64,000 nt of DNA from a virus (Duplodnaviria > Caudoviricetes). Below the pieces are notes generated by a model. That model was given only the letters and a program-made list of their open reading frames with translations, did no database searches and was not told the origin of the DNA. Location: positions 4,017-68,016 of IMG/VR virus record IMGVR_UViG_2706795094_000001. The stretch is one strand, 5' to 3'. The translations under genes were made by a program, and so were the position numbers. Below are positions 18,901-29,247 of the stretch, piece after piece (position 1 is the first letter of the stretch; the number at the start of each line of letters is the position of its first letter).

Positions 18901-21900
18901 CAGGCGATCTACGCGATCAACTCGCGGTTCCGTAAGGGCCTGAGCAAGCGGTACTACGCTGACGGCGGTGTCCACGGCGGCACCGGCGCGCTGCCCGGCC
19001 CGGCGGGCATCGAGACCGAACTGTCGGTGCTGGTGCAGATTCGTGACATTCTCGCGGGCAAGGGTGGCCCGGCGAGCAACCCGCTCGCAGCCACGGCGGC
19101 CAACACCGGCGCGGTGGCCACAGCGACCAAGGCCACCAGCGGCCAGAAGCTCGGACCGTTCGGCACCCCGATCAAGGACCGAGATCCGGCCTACGAGGCA
19201 GCGGCGGCGGCCATCAGCGCGCTCGGCGGCGACCCCGAGAAATTCCTCGGGCAAAACCCCGTCGACTACGCGGCGGCCCAGGCGGCGCAGGCCACGCAGT
19301 TCGGCGGCGGCCTCGGCGTCACTGGCGCGGTGAACATGTCGGCCTACATCGAGGCGTTGACGGCGTTCGCGATGACCGGCGACCTGAGCAAGGTGCAGGG
19401 CATCGGGCTCAACGCGAACTCGCCCGTCATCACCGCGCTGACCTCGGCGCGCAACAAGGCCAAGGGCGGCCTGAGCGATCAGCAGATTGCCGACCTCGTC
19501 GGCACCACTCTCGGCCCGACCGGCTACACGGGCACGCTCGACAGCACCAACAGTTCACTGGTCAAGTCGTTGACCCGGTACCGCGAGCAGCTCATGAAGC
19601 AGGGCGGCGCGGCCCCGGCGGTCGGCGGTGCCTCGGCAGTCTCACCGGCCCTCGGCATCCCGATGACCGCACTGCCCGCTGGTGCCATGGACCCGATCAG
19701 CGCGTATGCGGCGGCTCACAGCGGCGGAAAATACTCGTGGGGCGCGTCGGATCTCGCCGCCGGTCTGAGCGACTGCTCGGGCGCGGTGTCGGATCTCGTG
19801 GAGCTGCTGACCAAGGGCCAGGCCACCGGCGAGCGTCTGTTCTCGACCGCCGATGCGGGATCGGTGCTCAAGAGCCTCGGCGCGGTCGAGGGCGCGCTGC
19901 CGGGTGCGTTGCAGATCGGGTGGGACGCGGGCCATATGCGGGCCACGCTGCCCAACGGTGTGGCGTTCGAGTCGGGCGGCGGCACCGGTCAAGGCGCAAC
20001 CTACGGCGGCAACGCTAAGGGCGCTGCGGGCATGCCGAACATCATGAGCCTGCCGGTCGGCGCGCTGCCTGCCGGTCTCGGCATGAGTGGACTGCCGGGC
20101 GGCGGCGTGGGTGGCCAGGGCACCCCGGTCTACGTCACCAACTGGCCCGGCCAGGGCGGCGGCATCCCCGGTCTCAAGAACATCTTCGGGGCCGGTATCG
20201 GCGCTGCCGGTCAGGCGGGCACCGACGTGCTCGGCGACATCATGGGCGGTGTGGCGAGCCTCGGCAACGAGCCGTGGAACAAGCCCGGCAGCTACGCGGC
20301 GCTCAACACGCTCGTCAAAGAGGGCAACCCGCTCGCGCTGGCCAAGGCGTTCGGCCTCGATGTCGCCGACTTCTCGCGCGCGGGCGGCGCGGCGGGCGAG
20401 CTCGAAAAGAACGAGGGTCGCGGATACGACGCGAGCGGTCGACTTTTCTCCGACACCGGCGCGCTGCTCGACCGCACGTTCACCTCGCTCAACGCACAGC
20501 TACAGGCGATGCGCGAGCAGATGGTCGACGTGATCGAGCAGGTCAGCCAGAAGCTCAACGACAGCGCACTCGAGCCGGTCGTCAAGGCCGGTGTTCAGTC
20601 CGCGCTCGAAACGCTCAAGGACAGTGTTTCAGCGTCCATCGGCACCGCCCTCGGTCAGGCGGCGGCCCCGCCCATCGCCGACGCTGTCAGTAGCGCGGTG
20701 TCGTCGCTGCCCATCGATCAGTCCGGCGCGGGCAATGTCGGCGGCAACGCTGCTGGTGTCGTCACGGGTGCGCTCGGCATGGCGAGCGGCGGCCCTGTGT
20801 CCGGCGGTACGCCCGGCAAGGACTCGGTGCCCGCGCTGCTCATGCCCGGCGAGTACGTGCTCAACACTTCCGATGTTGCCCGGCTCGGCGGCATGGCCGC
20901 CATCGACTCGATGCGGTCGCGCGGTTTCAAGAGGTTCGCCACCGGCGGCGGTGTGATCGGCAACGACACCGTCGGCGCAGATTTCTTTGGTGTGTCTCAG
21001 GTGCCGATCATCGGGGCCATCGTCAACTTGCTCGTCCGAGTGCTGCTCAAGGTCATCGGTGTCGACATCGAGGTGCGTGACACCTTGATGGAAATGACCG
21101 ACGATTTCCGGCAGTTCCGAGGGGACGCGTTCAAGGCGTTCGACGCTCAGGGCCGGTTGCTCAACGACACCTCGGGTCTCATCGAGCGCAGCCAGTCGAG
21201 CGAGGAAACCGCCGCCGAGGAACGTATTCGCATCCTCAAGATCGTGATTCAGGCGCTCATCAAGTACATCATCGAAAAGGTGATCGTGCCCATCGCCAAG
21301 GCGGTGGCCAACGCAGCCATTCAGGCGGGCGCGTCGGCGGCGGGCGCTGCGGTCAACTCTCAGGCACCCGGCGCGGGCGGCATCGTCAGCTCGCTCATCA
21401 GCTCGGCGGGTCAGGCGGGCGTCGACATCGCCGCCGAGGTCGGTACCGACTTCGCGCTTGCGATCAGCGAGACACTCATCGATGTCGTCGGCGAGGGGCT
21501 CAAGTCGCTGCTGCCAGACCTGACCACGGGACTGTTCGGCGGCAACGGGCTCGCGTTCCTCACCGACCCCGTCGGTTCGCTGCTCGGCGGCCTGCTCGGC
21601 GGCATCGCCGGTTTGTTCTCGTCCCTGTTCGGCGGGGCGGCAACGATGATCCCCGGCATCCCGTTCGACAACGGCGGCCTCGCCCACGGCGAGGGCCTCA
21701 TGCTCAAGGCCACCAACGATCCTGAGCTCGTGCTCAACCCCACCGAGACCGACCTGTTCACGAGGTTCGTCAAGGCACTCGAGAATGGCGGTTTCGGCGG
21801 CGGCAGCAATACCACAGTGCACGCGCCGATTACAGTGATCGGTGGCGGCCCCGAGACCGCCGAGCAGATCGAGAACCGCCTGCTCAAGCACATGCCTTAG
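15925..21900 (+). CDS. Tape measure protein (1991 aa)
   Basis: Longest ORF; Ala/Gly-rich helical sequence; xADGG and xASGG motifs; internal DCSG...H peptidase-like segment. Confidence 0.95.
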   Translation: MTDVGKISLGVEINGDDLAARLGEAVRTAVAPALDKLNRKLQETQRAYNKTGDSAEKSAVRQVAALKRVEEQADATRRAVERAAAASRLGGGGRGDSTAGVGGNDNRRVDNRRIDNRRYDYRTYNDNRKIDQRRYDNRKVDNRKYDYSTKNDQSITYDYRSYHYDGMPGPTPGGGGGGFGRGGGRGGGGRGGVLGFLTGPVGLNTIAQGAAALPAVATGVVNIVGAVQQLTQAGLALPGIFAGGAAAIGTAVIGFQGLGDAIKALNEADADPAKLEEANKALEKLAPSAAAVAREVSRLTVGPLRDFQKAIAQPLFEGLDKDIGTFADKALPRIQPGMQKVAKAINSTFKEGLAALGDDKNLSLADQIFGNTAEGQQRANNAIRPLISAFGTLAKEGSVFLPRLGDAITSVADRFNRFIQTNTNNGNIFRWIDEGLNGARAFGNTILNILKTITGLTKAAGQAKGSLSGDGGLLGALERVTERWSTFTNSVEGQQKLGKFFADGTADLHRYGDLLRTLWPTIKEIIAGFQTWGEIVLPIVSALASLTNTLAQIPGLLEAVVVGFLAWRTLGPIIGGVANKLNAVGGAAGKLGGARGLLGGSLIAGGGAIQASTDSGLGQLAGALTQVAGGALAGSVFGPAGAAVGAGVGAAIAGITYVLNENARASRDAAAAQAELAENLNRSRVAMELTSQATKTANDALLASGGAVDAATIGAVGDQISAIPDRLAGSYDEDTIKGVATALKDLSLTEQQLATIVTGAQPGFDALTARLREMGPGGAIAAQNLQAVRDATLGAANNAATAAPLLQNLAQTLGVDVPQAAAELTNAFSAVPKEVPINIDAPGGQAVFDMLVAIGEKVSVDNNKNIVVEAPLAPAVLEQLKAIGYEVTQNNDKTITVRVDPQMYADTLAKLGNVGNVLRDLHGQSLGLPAVPAGPNNTAGGLFPGMPGPTGPGGADGMVIPGYAPKQDTVNAVLAPGEGVLIPEAVRGLGGAQAIYAINSRFRKGLSKRYYADGGVHGGTGALPGPAGIETELSVLVQIRDILAGKGGPASNPLAATAANTGAVATATKATSGQKLGPFGTPIKDRDPAYEAAAAAISALGGDPEKFLGQNPVDYAAAQAAQATQFGGGLGVTGAVNMSAYIEALTAFAMTGDLSKVQGIGLNANSPVITALTSARNKAKGGLSDQQIADLVGTTLGPTGYTGTLDSTNSSLVKSLTRYREQLMKQGGAAPAVGGASAVSPALGIPMTALPAGAMDPISAYAAAHSGGKYSWGASDLAAGLSDCSGAVSDLVELLTKGQATGERLFSTADAGSVLKSLGAVEGALPGALQIGWDAGHMRATLPNGVAFESGGGTGQGATYGGNAKGAAGMPNIMSLPVGALPAGLGMSGLPGGGVGGQGTPVYVTNWPGQGGGIPGLKNIFGAGIGAAGQAGTDVLGDIMGGVASLGNEPWNKPGSYAALNTLVKEGNPLALAKAFGLDVADFSRAGGAAGELEKNEGRGYDASGRLFSDTGALLDRTFTSLNAQLQAMREQMVDVIEQVSQKLNDSALEPVVKAGVQSALETLKDSVSASIGTALGQAAAPPIADAVSSAVSSLPIDQSGAGNVGGNAAGVVTGALGMASGGPVSGGTPGKDSVPALLMPGEYVLNTSDVARLGGMAAIDSMRSRGFKRFATGGGVIGNDTVGADFFGVSQVPIIGAIVNLLVRVLLKVIGVDIEVRDTLMEMTDDFRQFRGDAFKAFDAQGRLLNDTSGLIERSQSSEETAAEERIRILKIVIQALIKYIIEKVIVPIAKAVANAAIQAGASAAGAAVNSQAPGAGGIVSSLISSAGQAGVDIAAEVGTDFALAISETLIDVVGEGLKSLLPDLTTGLFGGNGLAFLTDPVGSLLGGLLGGIAGLFSSLFGGAATMIPGIPFDNGGLAHGEGLMLKATNDPELVLNPTETDLFTRFVKALENGGFGGGSNTTVHAPITVIGGGPETAEQIENRLLKHMP

Positions 21901-21909
21901 GAGACGGTC

Positions 21910-23343
21910 GTGGCATTTCGTGGCTACTTCGCCCTCAACGGGGTCGAGATCGCCAACAGCAGCCGCGTGGCCGCCCACATCGGGGCCGAGGTGCCTACGC
22001 GCGACATCGGGCTCATGACCGCCGATGTCGACTGCTCGCTCACGCCTATCGATGACGACCGGCTGCTCGCCGAGCTGCCCGCCACCTCGGTGCCCATCGG
22101 GGCCGGACGGCTGCTGGCCACACCGCCGGACGGGTCACGGCTCTACGGGCCGGGCCTCGCCGTAGTCGGCGACTGTTGGACGCCGAACACGCTGTGTTTC
22201 GGCTGCCGCACCGCCATCGAGTACGACGACTCATGGACCGGCCTGCCCGCCTTCCTCAACGATCATGTCTACCGGCCCGAGCTCGCCCCGTGGTTTACGA
22301 CGAGGGTGCCCGAGTCGGCAGAGTTCGCGGGCGTGTGGGTCATGGATGTCAAGGGCCTCGACGTGACCACCTCACAGCGCGAGGTGGTCGAGATGGCCGG
22401 GGACGGCGGCGCGGCGGGCATCCATCGCGACGGCGCGCAGCGGATACAGTTCGACGTGCTGCTCGTCGCGTGCACCAACGCGGGCGCGACGTACGGTCTC
22501 GACTGGCTGACCACACAGCTTCGCAGGACCAATGACCGGACCGACTCGGTGCTGCGATACCTAGCCGCCCACCCCGAGGACAGCGCAGTCGACCCGACAA
22601 CCCTCGTGCGTGATCGCCACGGTGTGGTCCTCACCGCCGGTCCTGAGATCACCGGACAAGTCAACGCGAGCGGACGGCAGCACAACCAAGCGACGTTCTA
22701 CCGGGTCACCTTCGAGCTCACCGCGCTCATCCCGCATGCGTATCGGCCCGCCACGGTGCTGCCCGTCGAGTGGGACACCGTCGAGGTCGAGCCGATCCAA
22801 TGGGTGCACTCGTCGGAGTGCAAACCGCCTGCCGACTGCTCGCCGATGCCGGTGTTGTTCGCGCAAGGCTGCGAGGTCGAGCGTGTCGAGGCGGTGTCCT
22901 CCCCGCCGCCGGTATGCGGCGGCTGCATGCCTGTGTGCGCGGTGGCCACACACGCGGTGCAGATCCCGCTCACCGAGCGCCCGCAGACCGGCACCGCCAC
23001 CATGGTCAGCCTCGCGATCCGAAACACCGACGCGCGACCGCTCACGCTCAACGGATACTTCCGGCGGTGTAACGCTCGCGACGACTGCGACGACGAGCTT
23101 TTCCCCGTGCAGATCCACGGTCTGCCCGCCACCGCCGAGGTCGTGCTCGACGGCGTCACGGGCCGCTTCTGGGTCTACTACGCGGGGCGCAAATGGCGGC
23201 CCGTGCACATCGTGGGCACCCCGAGCGGCGCGCCATGGGTACCGGCCAAGCTCGACCGCACGCTGTGCTGGGAGTTCGTCGTGGTATCCGACGGCACCGC
23301 CCTTTTCGAGGTCGACCTCGCGCTCACGGATCGTGACGAATGA
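21910..23343 (+). CDS. Minor tail protein (distal-tail-like)
   Basis: 477 aa immediately after TMP; TAGGAG RBS. Confidence 0.8.
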   Translation: MAFRGYFALNGVEIANSSRVAAHIGAEVPTRDIGLMTADVDCSLTPIDDDRLLAELPATSVPIGAGRLLATPPDGSRLYGPGLAVVGDCWTPNTLCFGCRTAIEYDDSWTGLPAFLNDHVYRPELAPWFTTRVPESAEFAGVWVMDVKGLDVTTSQREVVEMAGDGGAAGIHRDGAQRIQFDVLLVACTNAGATYGLDWLTTQLRRTNDRTDSVLRYLAAHPEDSAVDPTTLVRDRHGVVLTAGPEITGQVNASGRQHNQATFYRVTFELTALIPHAYRPATVLPVEWDTVEVEPIQWVHSSECKPPADCSPMPVLFAQGCEVERVEAVSSPPPVCGGCMPVCAVATHAVQIPLTERPQTGTATMVSLAIRNTDARPLTLNGYFRRCNARDDCDDELFPVQIHGLPATAEVVLDGVTGRFWVYYAGRKWRPVHIVGTPSGAPWVPAKLDRTLCWEFVVVSDGTALFEVDLALTDRDE

Positions 23344-24452
23344 GTGCGCCGACGCGGGTGCTCGACCGGGGCGGTGAGGCGCACCGGATCGTCACCGCCG
23401 AGCAGGGCGTGACGATCCACACCGACAACGGCATCACCATCGATCAATTCACACCTCGCCAGTACACCTCGTGCACATGGGGCCTGAGGCTGCGCGACGC
23501 GGGCACCGCCGACATCGTCATACCGCCGACTGCCGACTACGACCGGCTGCGTGACATCGAGCCGTGGGCGCACTCGGTGACGATCTGGGACGTTGACAGC
23601 GGCACCACACTGTGGACCGGCCCGATCCATAAAGCCCGAGCCTCACGCAAGGGCATGACGATCAGCGCCAAGGATCACTCTGCATACCTCAGCCGCACCC
23701 GCAATCCGATCACCAAGCGGTGGGACGCTGCCGACCCCGCCACGGTGGCCGGTGAGCTGTGGGCGGCCATGGTCGAGGCGCAGGGCATCAACACGCGGCC
23801 CATCGTGCGCGTCGACCCCGAGGGTGACCGCTACGACTTTCAGGTCATCGCCGACGAGCAGATGCTCGACCAGACGTTGAGCGACATGAATAGCCAGGGG
23901 CTGCGGTGGACCGTGGTGGCGGGCACCCCGATCATCGGGCCGGTGAGCACCAAGGCGCTCGCGCTGCTCGGCGAGCATGACTTTCTCGGCGACGGCATCG
24001 AGTTCGTGCGCGACGGCAGCCAGACCTACAACGATGTGCTGGTGCGAGCCGCCGACAGCAACACCGCGCGGGCGCGCGTCGACTACCACGGCAAGAACCT
24101 ACAGACCATCGTCAACCTCGACTCGATGTTCGGGGTGTCCAACGTCAACCGCGCGGCCCGGCAGTACGTCAACCACACCGGCAGGCCACACACCAGACTC
24201 GAGTTGACCGGAGGCACCGAGCTACATCCGAACGCGCCCGTGTCGATGGAAGACCTCATGCCCTCGGCGCGGTTCATCATCGAGGCGCGAGGTGTCCGGC
24301 AGCTTTTCGAGCTCACGAGTGTCGACGTTGAGCGTCGGCAGGGCGCGGTGAGTGTTCGTGTCACTATGGGCACTGTGGAGGACGACATCGAGTTGCTCGA
24401 CGCGACCAACGGCAAGCAGCAGAACATGACTCTCGGAGGTCAACGGCTGTGA
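23340..24452 (+). CDS. Minor tail protein (baseplate hub-like)
   Basis: 370 aa, ATGA overlap, second gene after TMP. Confidence 0.78.
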   Translation: MSAPTRVLDRGGEAHRIVTAEQGVTIHTDNGITIDQFTPRQYTSCTWGLRLRDAGTADIVIPPTADYDRLRDIEPWAHSVTIWDVDSGTTLWTGPIHKARASRKGMTISAKDHSAYLSRTRNPITKRWDAADPATVAGELWAAMVEAQGINTRPIVRVDPEGDRYDFQVIADEQMLDQTLSDMNSQGLRWTVVAGTPIIGPVSTKALALLGEHDFLGDGIEFVRDGSQTYNDVLVRAADSNTARARVDYHGKNLQTIVNLDSMFGVSNVNRAARQYVNHTGRPHTRLELTGGTELHPNAPVSMEDLMPSARFIIEARGVRQLFELTSVDVERRQGAVSVRVTMGTVEDDIELLDATNGKQQNMTLGGQRL

Positions 24453-26704
24453 CGGTCGAGCTGCCGGGGCGGGCACCGACAACCGACGGCGAGCTCGCCC
24501 GCCAATTCCACGAGCGCATTCGCCGACTCGAGAATCCGCGCTCGGTGCGCGTCGGCCCATGGGTCATCGCGACCGACCCGATCACCGGCGACCTCAAAGC
24601 ATCACGTCCCGGTCAGACCCTCATGCTCGGCGGCGATCAGCCCGTCGAGGTGGTCGAGCAGTCGCTCAGCCTGACCAAGTTCGTCACCAAGGACGACCTC
24701 GACGCGGCCCTCGACGGGATCGAGGCGGGCGGCGGCGACAACGATTCGGTGTGGGCGCAGCTCTATGAGAAGCTCACCGGCATCCTGTCGCCGACCAACG
24801 CGCTCAATGCGCTGGCCAATTTCTTTCGGCTTGAGCTCGGCGCACCGATCACCAGCAGCAGGCTGCCGCTGCTGCCGCTGTCGCACATCCGGCCCATATC
24901 TCCGAACTTGCTCACCGACGGATCGTTCGACTACGAGGAAACGCTCTCCGGTTTCCCCGATTGGGACTGGGACGACACCGTAGGACGGAACAAACCGGGC
25001 AGCGCGTACACCGTCGCTGATGGCACCACCCACACGATCCACAGCAACAGCATCGAGGTCGGGCCGGACGACCGGCTCAACGTCGAGGTGTACGCACGTT
25101 GGGCCGGACTGGTGGCCAGCGGCGCGGCCATCAAGCTCGATATCTCGTGCTACCGCGACGACGGCTCGCCAGTTTTCTCCGGTCCGATCACGCTCGACTC
25201 ATTGACGGTGTCCGGCACCGCCTCGGGGTGGACCAAGCTCAGCGTGACGAACTGGGACGTTCCCGACGAGGCCCGGCACGTCGTGGTCGAGTTGACGGTC
25301 ACCAGCGGCGCGACAGCGGGCGTCGTGCACTTCGATGACGCGGGGTGCTTCAAGATCGGCACGATGCCGCAAAGCTATATCTCGGGCCTTGTCGAGGGCC
25401 TCAATGCGTTGTGGCAGGGCATCCAAGCACGGATCGATGACTTTCTCGACCTGCTCGACGTGTTCGGCGGTTTCAACGTCGGCGATCACATCGGGCAGCT
25501 CACCGATGTCGTGACGCGATTGCAGCACCTCAACCCGCTCAACGGACTGTTCGACGCCAGCAAGCTCGGCAACATCGCCAACATCCCGATGATCGCGCAG
25601 GAACGGATCTCGGGTCTGGTCACCGCGCTCAACGAGGCTGGGCAGGGTATCCGCGATGCCATCGTGCAGGCTCTCGGCGGCAGCGGCACCGGGCACAGCA
25701 ACACCGACGTGCTCAACGCGCTGATGAACATTCCGGCCAGCGTCGTCAACACCGCCATTGCGGGCGCGTCGAACATCGAGAACGCGCTACAGCAGGCCAT
25801 CGACTCGGTCATCGCGGGCGCGGGCGATCTCATAGGCAGCGGTTTCGGTTTCGCCGACATGATCGCGCAGCTCACCGGCCTGCGGCGGGCCACCGCCGGT
25901 ACGGCGGCAGCGGTGGTCAACCTACAGTCTCAGGTGGCCAATCTCGACCCGGCAGCCAACAGCGAGGTGGTCGATTTCGGAGAGTTCGCCAACTCGGCGT
26001 CACCGCCCTCGATGTTCACCAAGGTCAGTGACACCGGCGCGGGCAGCATCATCCTGACCAACGGTGTGCTGGCGTGGAACTCGGCTGATGCGGTGGGGCG
26101 CGAGTTCTATCTCTACAACGGCGGCCCGCTACAGACCGATCTTTTCGAGGTGCAAGTTGTTCTGCCCTCGGTGCCCTCACACGGCATTTTCGGTCTCGAC
26201 TCGACCAACTACGTGTATCTCATCGGACGCTCGGATGCCACCGGCAACAACATGGTCGTCGCACGACTCGGGTGGGACGAAGTACGTGTCTACTCGCGCA
26301 ACTCGGGCACCATGACGCAGATCGGTCCGACGATCAGCGCCGATGACATTCTCACCTCGGGGTCGTCGGTATCGTTCAAAGGCGGCACCATCGCCGATCC
26401 ACGCTACTTCACCGTCTCGATCAACGGCGACAAGGTCTACGAGTACAGCGACGAAGCACCAATCACCGTCATCGGCGCGAGCAACCGTTTCTGCGGTCTC
26501 GGACTGGAAAAGGGCAACAACTACGCGACGGGCCGGATCTCGACGTGGGCCATGCTCGATGGCGGATCGTCGGCAGGATCGGGTGTCGTGGCCGGATACA
26601 CCAACGCGGGCCTGACAAACTTGATCCTGTGGAAGGGTACGCAGGCTCAGTACGACGCACTGCCGACCAAGAGCCCGAACGGGATCTACGTGGTCGAGGG
26701 GTGA
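24449..26704 (+). CDS. Minor tail protein with carbohydrate-binding-like domains
   Basis: 751 aa; NLLTDGSF CBM-like start, LamG-like segment, C-terminal QYDALPTKSPNGIY. Confidence 0.8.
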   Translation: MTVELPGRAPTTDGELARQFHERIRRLENPRSVRVGPWVIATDPITGDLKASRPGQTLMLGGDQPVEVVEQSLSLTKFVTKDDLDAALDGIEAGGGDNDSVWAQLYEKLTGILSPTNALNALANFFRLELGAPITSSRLPLLPLSHIRPISPNLLTDGSFDYEETLSGFPDWDWDDTVGRNKPGSAYTVADGTTHTIHSNSIEVGPDDRLNVEVYARWAGLVASGAAIKLDISCYRDDGSPVFSGPITLDSLTVSGTASGWTKLSVTNWDVPDEARHVVVELTVTSGATAGVVHFDDAGCFKIGTMPQSYISGLVEGLNALWQGIQARIDDFLDLLDVFGGFNVGDHIGQLTDVVTRLQHLNPLNGLFDASKLGNIANIPMIAQERISGLVTALNEAGQGIRDAIVQALGGSGTGHSNTDVLNALMNIPASVVNTAIAGASNIENALQQAIDSVIAGAGDLIGSGFGFADMIAQLTGLRRATAGTAAAVVNLQSQVANLDPAANSEVVDFGEFANSASPPSMFTKVSDTGAGSIILTNGVLAWNSADAVGREFYLYNGGPLQTDLFEVQVVLPSVPSHGIFGLDSTNYVYLIGRSDATGNNMVVARLGWDEVRVYSRNSGTMTQIGPTISADDILTSGSSVSFKGGTIADPRYFTVSINGDKVYEYSDEAPITVIGASNRFCGLGLEKGNNYATGRISTWAMLDGGSSAGSGVVAGYTNAGLTNLILWKGTQAQYDALPTKSPNGIYVVEG

Positions 26705-26707
26705 GCG

Positions 26708-28054
26708 GTGGGCGTCTACATCGGTGACACCCCGATCAGCAAGATCATGGCGGGAACCTCGCCCTTCGCTGGCAAGGTCTACATCGGCTCGACGCAGGTC
26801 TGGCCCGAGGTCGAGTTCCCGCTCGTCTACGAGGATGTCAACCTCACTGATGCGCTCGTGCCCGCAGGGGCCACCGCGCTGGTCATAGAGCAGCTCGTGG
26901 GCGGCGGTGCCTCGGGGCTGGCAGGGCAAAATCAGTCCGGCGCGGGCACATACACCAACCGTGGCGGCACCGGCGGCGGCGGCGGTGCGGTCATCGGGCA
27001 GCACATCATCCCCATCAGCGAGCTTGGCCCGACGTTCAGCTTGCAGATCGGCGCGGGCGGCGAGCAGTCGACATCGGACACCACACGCAACAACGGCGGC
27101 CCGACGATCTTCTCGTCGGGCAGCATCGTGCTCACCGCCGGGGGTGGGTCAGCCAACGGCGGCGTGGCCAGCCAATCGGGCCAATGGTATGTCCCGATGG
27201 CCAATGGCACGGCGGGCGGCGTCAACAACACCATGGGCGGCGCGGCGGGCGGTGCCGAGGGCGTGAGCTACTCGCACAGCGGCAACCCACAGAACGACAA
27301 CGAGAAATGGGACGCGCTGTCTGCTGACCCGGCGGGCACCGCCATGCAAGTCCTGCCGGGCGGCCTCAAGCCTGGCAACGGCGGCAGCCAATCCGGCACG
27401 GGCCAGCGCCCCGGCGGCGGCGGCGGTGGCGGCAAGGGCCGCAGCTCGTCCTCGCGCGGCGTCGGCGGGCGCGGCGGTGACGGCTATGCGCGCATCTACT
27501 TCATCAACACCTCCTACAAGCGCGATATCACACGCGTCTACACCACCGCCGGTGCGTGGACGTGGACACCGCCGCCGTGGGCGGTGGCGGGCACCAAGAT
27601 CGACATTGTCATGTTCCCCGGCGGGCGCGCGGGCAAGAACGGTGCGACGTTCGGCGGTGCGGGCCGAGGCGGTCTCGCGGGCACCCCGGTGACAGCAACA
27701 CTCACCGTCGGCACCGATATCCCCGTCAGTGGGGCGCTCACCGGCGTCGTCGGCGCGGGCGGTGCCAGCAACGGCGCAGCGGGCGGCGTCAGCACGTGCA
27801 CAACCGTGGGTCTCACCGCGCCGGTCAACAATGCCGACGCGAGCGGTCAGGACGGCGGCAACGCGCCTAACGTCACGCTCAACGGGATCACGTATCCCGG
27901 CGGGCGCGGCGGGTCGAGCGGCACGAGCTCATCGGCGGGCGAGGACGGTCAAGACCCCGGCGGCGGCGGCGAGGGCGGCGGCTCGCTGATCGCGGGCCTT
28001 GCGGGCGGCGCGGGCGGCAAGGGTCGCGTTTACGTACGCGTCTACGAGGTGTAG
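26708..28054 (+). CDS. Glycine-rich minor tail / fibre protein
   Basis: 448 aa; N-terminal VYIG...KVYIGSTQVW; two Gly-rich domains. Confidence 0.8.
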   Translation: MGVYIGDTPISKIMAGTSPFAGKVYIGSTQVWPEVEFPLVYEDVNLTDALVPAGATALVIEQLVGGGASGLAGQNQSGAGTYTNRGGTGGGGGAVIGQHIIPISELGPTFSLQIGAGGEQSTSDTTRNNGGPTIFSSGSIVLTAGGGSANGGVASQSGQWYVPMANGTAGGVNNTMGGAAGGAEGVSYSHSGNPQNDNEKWDALSADPAGTAMQVLPGGLKPGNGGSQSGTGQRPGGGGGGGKGRSSSSRGVGGRGGDGYARIYFINTSYKRDITRVYTTAGAWTWTPPPWAVAGTKIDIVMFPGGRAGKNGATFGGAGRGGLAGTPVTATLTVGTDIPVSGALTGVVGAGGASNGAAGGVSTCTTVGLTAPVNNADASGQDGGNAPNVTLNGITYPGGRGGSSGTSSSAGEDGQDPGGGGEGGGSLIAGLAGGAGGKGRVYVRVYEV

Positions 28055-28056
28055 CC

Positions 28057-29217
28057 GTGCCGTTTGGCTGGAATCCCACACCGCAGATCACCCCGCGTGT
28101 CACACCGCGCGGGTGGTTCAAGGACACGCCAGAGCTGCCCGTCGACCGCGAGATCGGGTGGTGGGCGGTGCTCACCCTCGACGCGGTCGACCTCGGCGAC
28201 GCTGCGCAGACCATGACCCTTGAGGCGCTCAAGTCGCTCGCGCTGGCCAACCTCGCCGCCTCGACGCAATCCCTTGAGCTGCAACAGATCGCGGGCATTT
28301 CGTTCGCCAACATGATCCCGCCCGCCCAAGCGCTCGCGCTCAAGAAAATCGCGCTGCTCAATCTGTCCGGCGTGGCGCTGCCGACGCAGGCGCTCGCGCT
28401 GGCCAAGGTGCTCGGCATCGCGCTGTCGAGCATGGGCATCAGTACGCAGGCTCTCGACCTCGGCAAGGTCGTCACCGTGGCCATGGCGACGGACAGCCCG
28501 GCGGCCCAACTGCTTACGCTCACCAAAAAGGGCGTGCTGTCGCTCAACAGCACCGCGACGAGCACACAGCAGGTGGTGCTCGCGCGGGTGGCTTCGCTGA
28601 TCATGTCGACCTCGCTGGCCACCTCGGTGCAGTCTGGCCTCGCCGTCGGTTTCCCGCCGTTGACAGCGACCACGGTCACGTTCACCAACACCACCAACAT
28701 CCAATCGTGGACGTTCCCGCGCAACGCAGAATGGCTCGCCGTGGTCTGCCTCGGCGGCGGCTGCGGTGGACGCGGCGGCGGCCCTGTGCTCGCGGGCGGT
28801 GGCGGCTATGCGGGGTCGTACGGCACCGTCCTGTTGAGGCGCGGCGTCGACATCCCGTGGTCGACCACGATGTTCTACATGAACGTGGGGCCGGGAAGCG
28901 CCGGGTCGTCGGGCGGATACCTCGTCAGCGACCCCTCGCCGGGCACGGCGTCGCTGTGCACCACCACCGCGCTGGCCACCCTCGCCAGCGGCAGCGGCGG
29001 CGGCCCGAACTACTCGACGCAGCGTGGCCAGGACGCACCCGACCTCAGCTACAACGGGATCTCGGCGGTCGGCGGCAAGGCATCGAGCGGATCGGCGACG
29101 CCGGGCGGTGTGCCCGGCGGCGGCGGCAACGGGGCCAACCCCGGATCGCTCGGCCTACCGGGCGGTGCTGGCGGTGCCGGTGGGCGCGGACAGATATGGG
29201 CGCGAGCATTCCAGTGA
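28057..29217 (+). CDS. Minor tail protein with 20-aa repeats and Gly-rich C-terminus
   Basis: 386 aa; periodic (A/T)QxLxL. Confidence 0.78.
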   Translation: MPFGWNPTPQITPRVTPRGWFKDTPELPVDREIGWWAVLTLDAVDLGDAAQTMTLEALKSLALANLAASTQSLELQQIAGISFANMIPPAQALALKKIALLNLSGVALPTQALALAKVLGIALSSMGISTQALDLGKVVTVAMATDSPAAQLLTLTKKGVLSLNSTATSTQQVVLARVASLIMSTSLATSVQSGLAVGFPPLTATTVTFTNTTNIQSWTFPRNAEWLAVVCLGGGCGGRGGGPVLAGGGGYAGSYGTVLLRRGVDIPWSTTMFYMNVGPGSAGSSGGYLVSDPSPGTASLCTTTALATLASGSGGGPNYSTQRGQDAPDLSYNGISAVGGKASSGSATPGGVPGGGGNGANPGSLGLPGGAGGAGGRGQIWARAFQ

Positions 29218-29247
29218 CCGCCATCCTCGACAGATAGTATCGACCCC

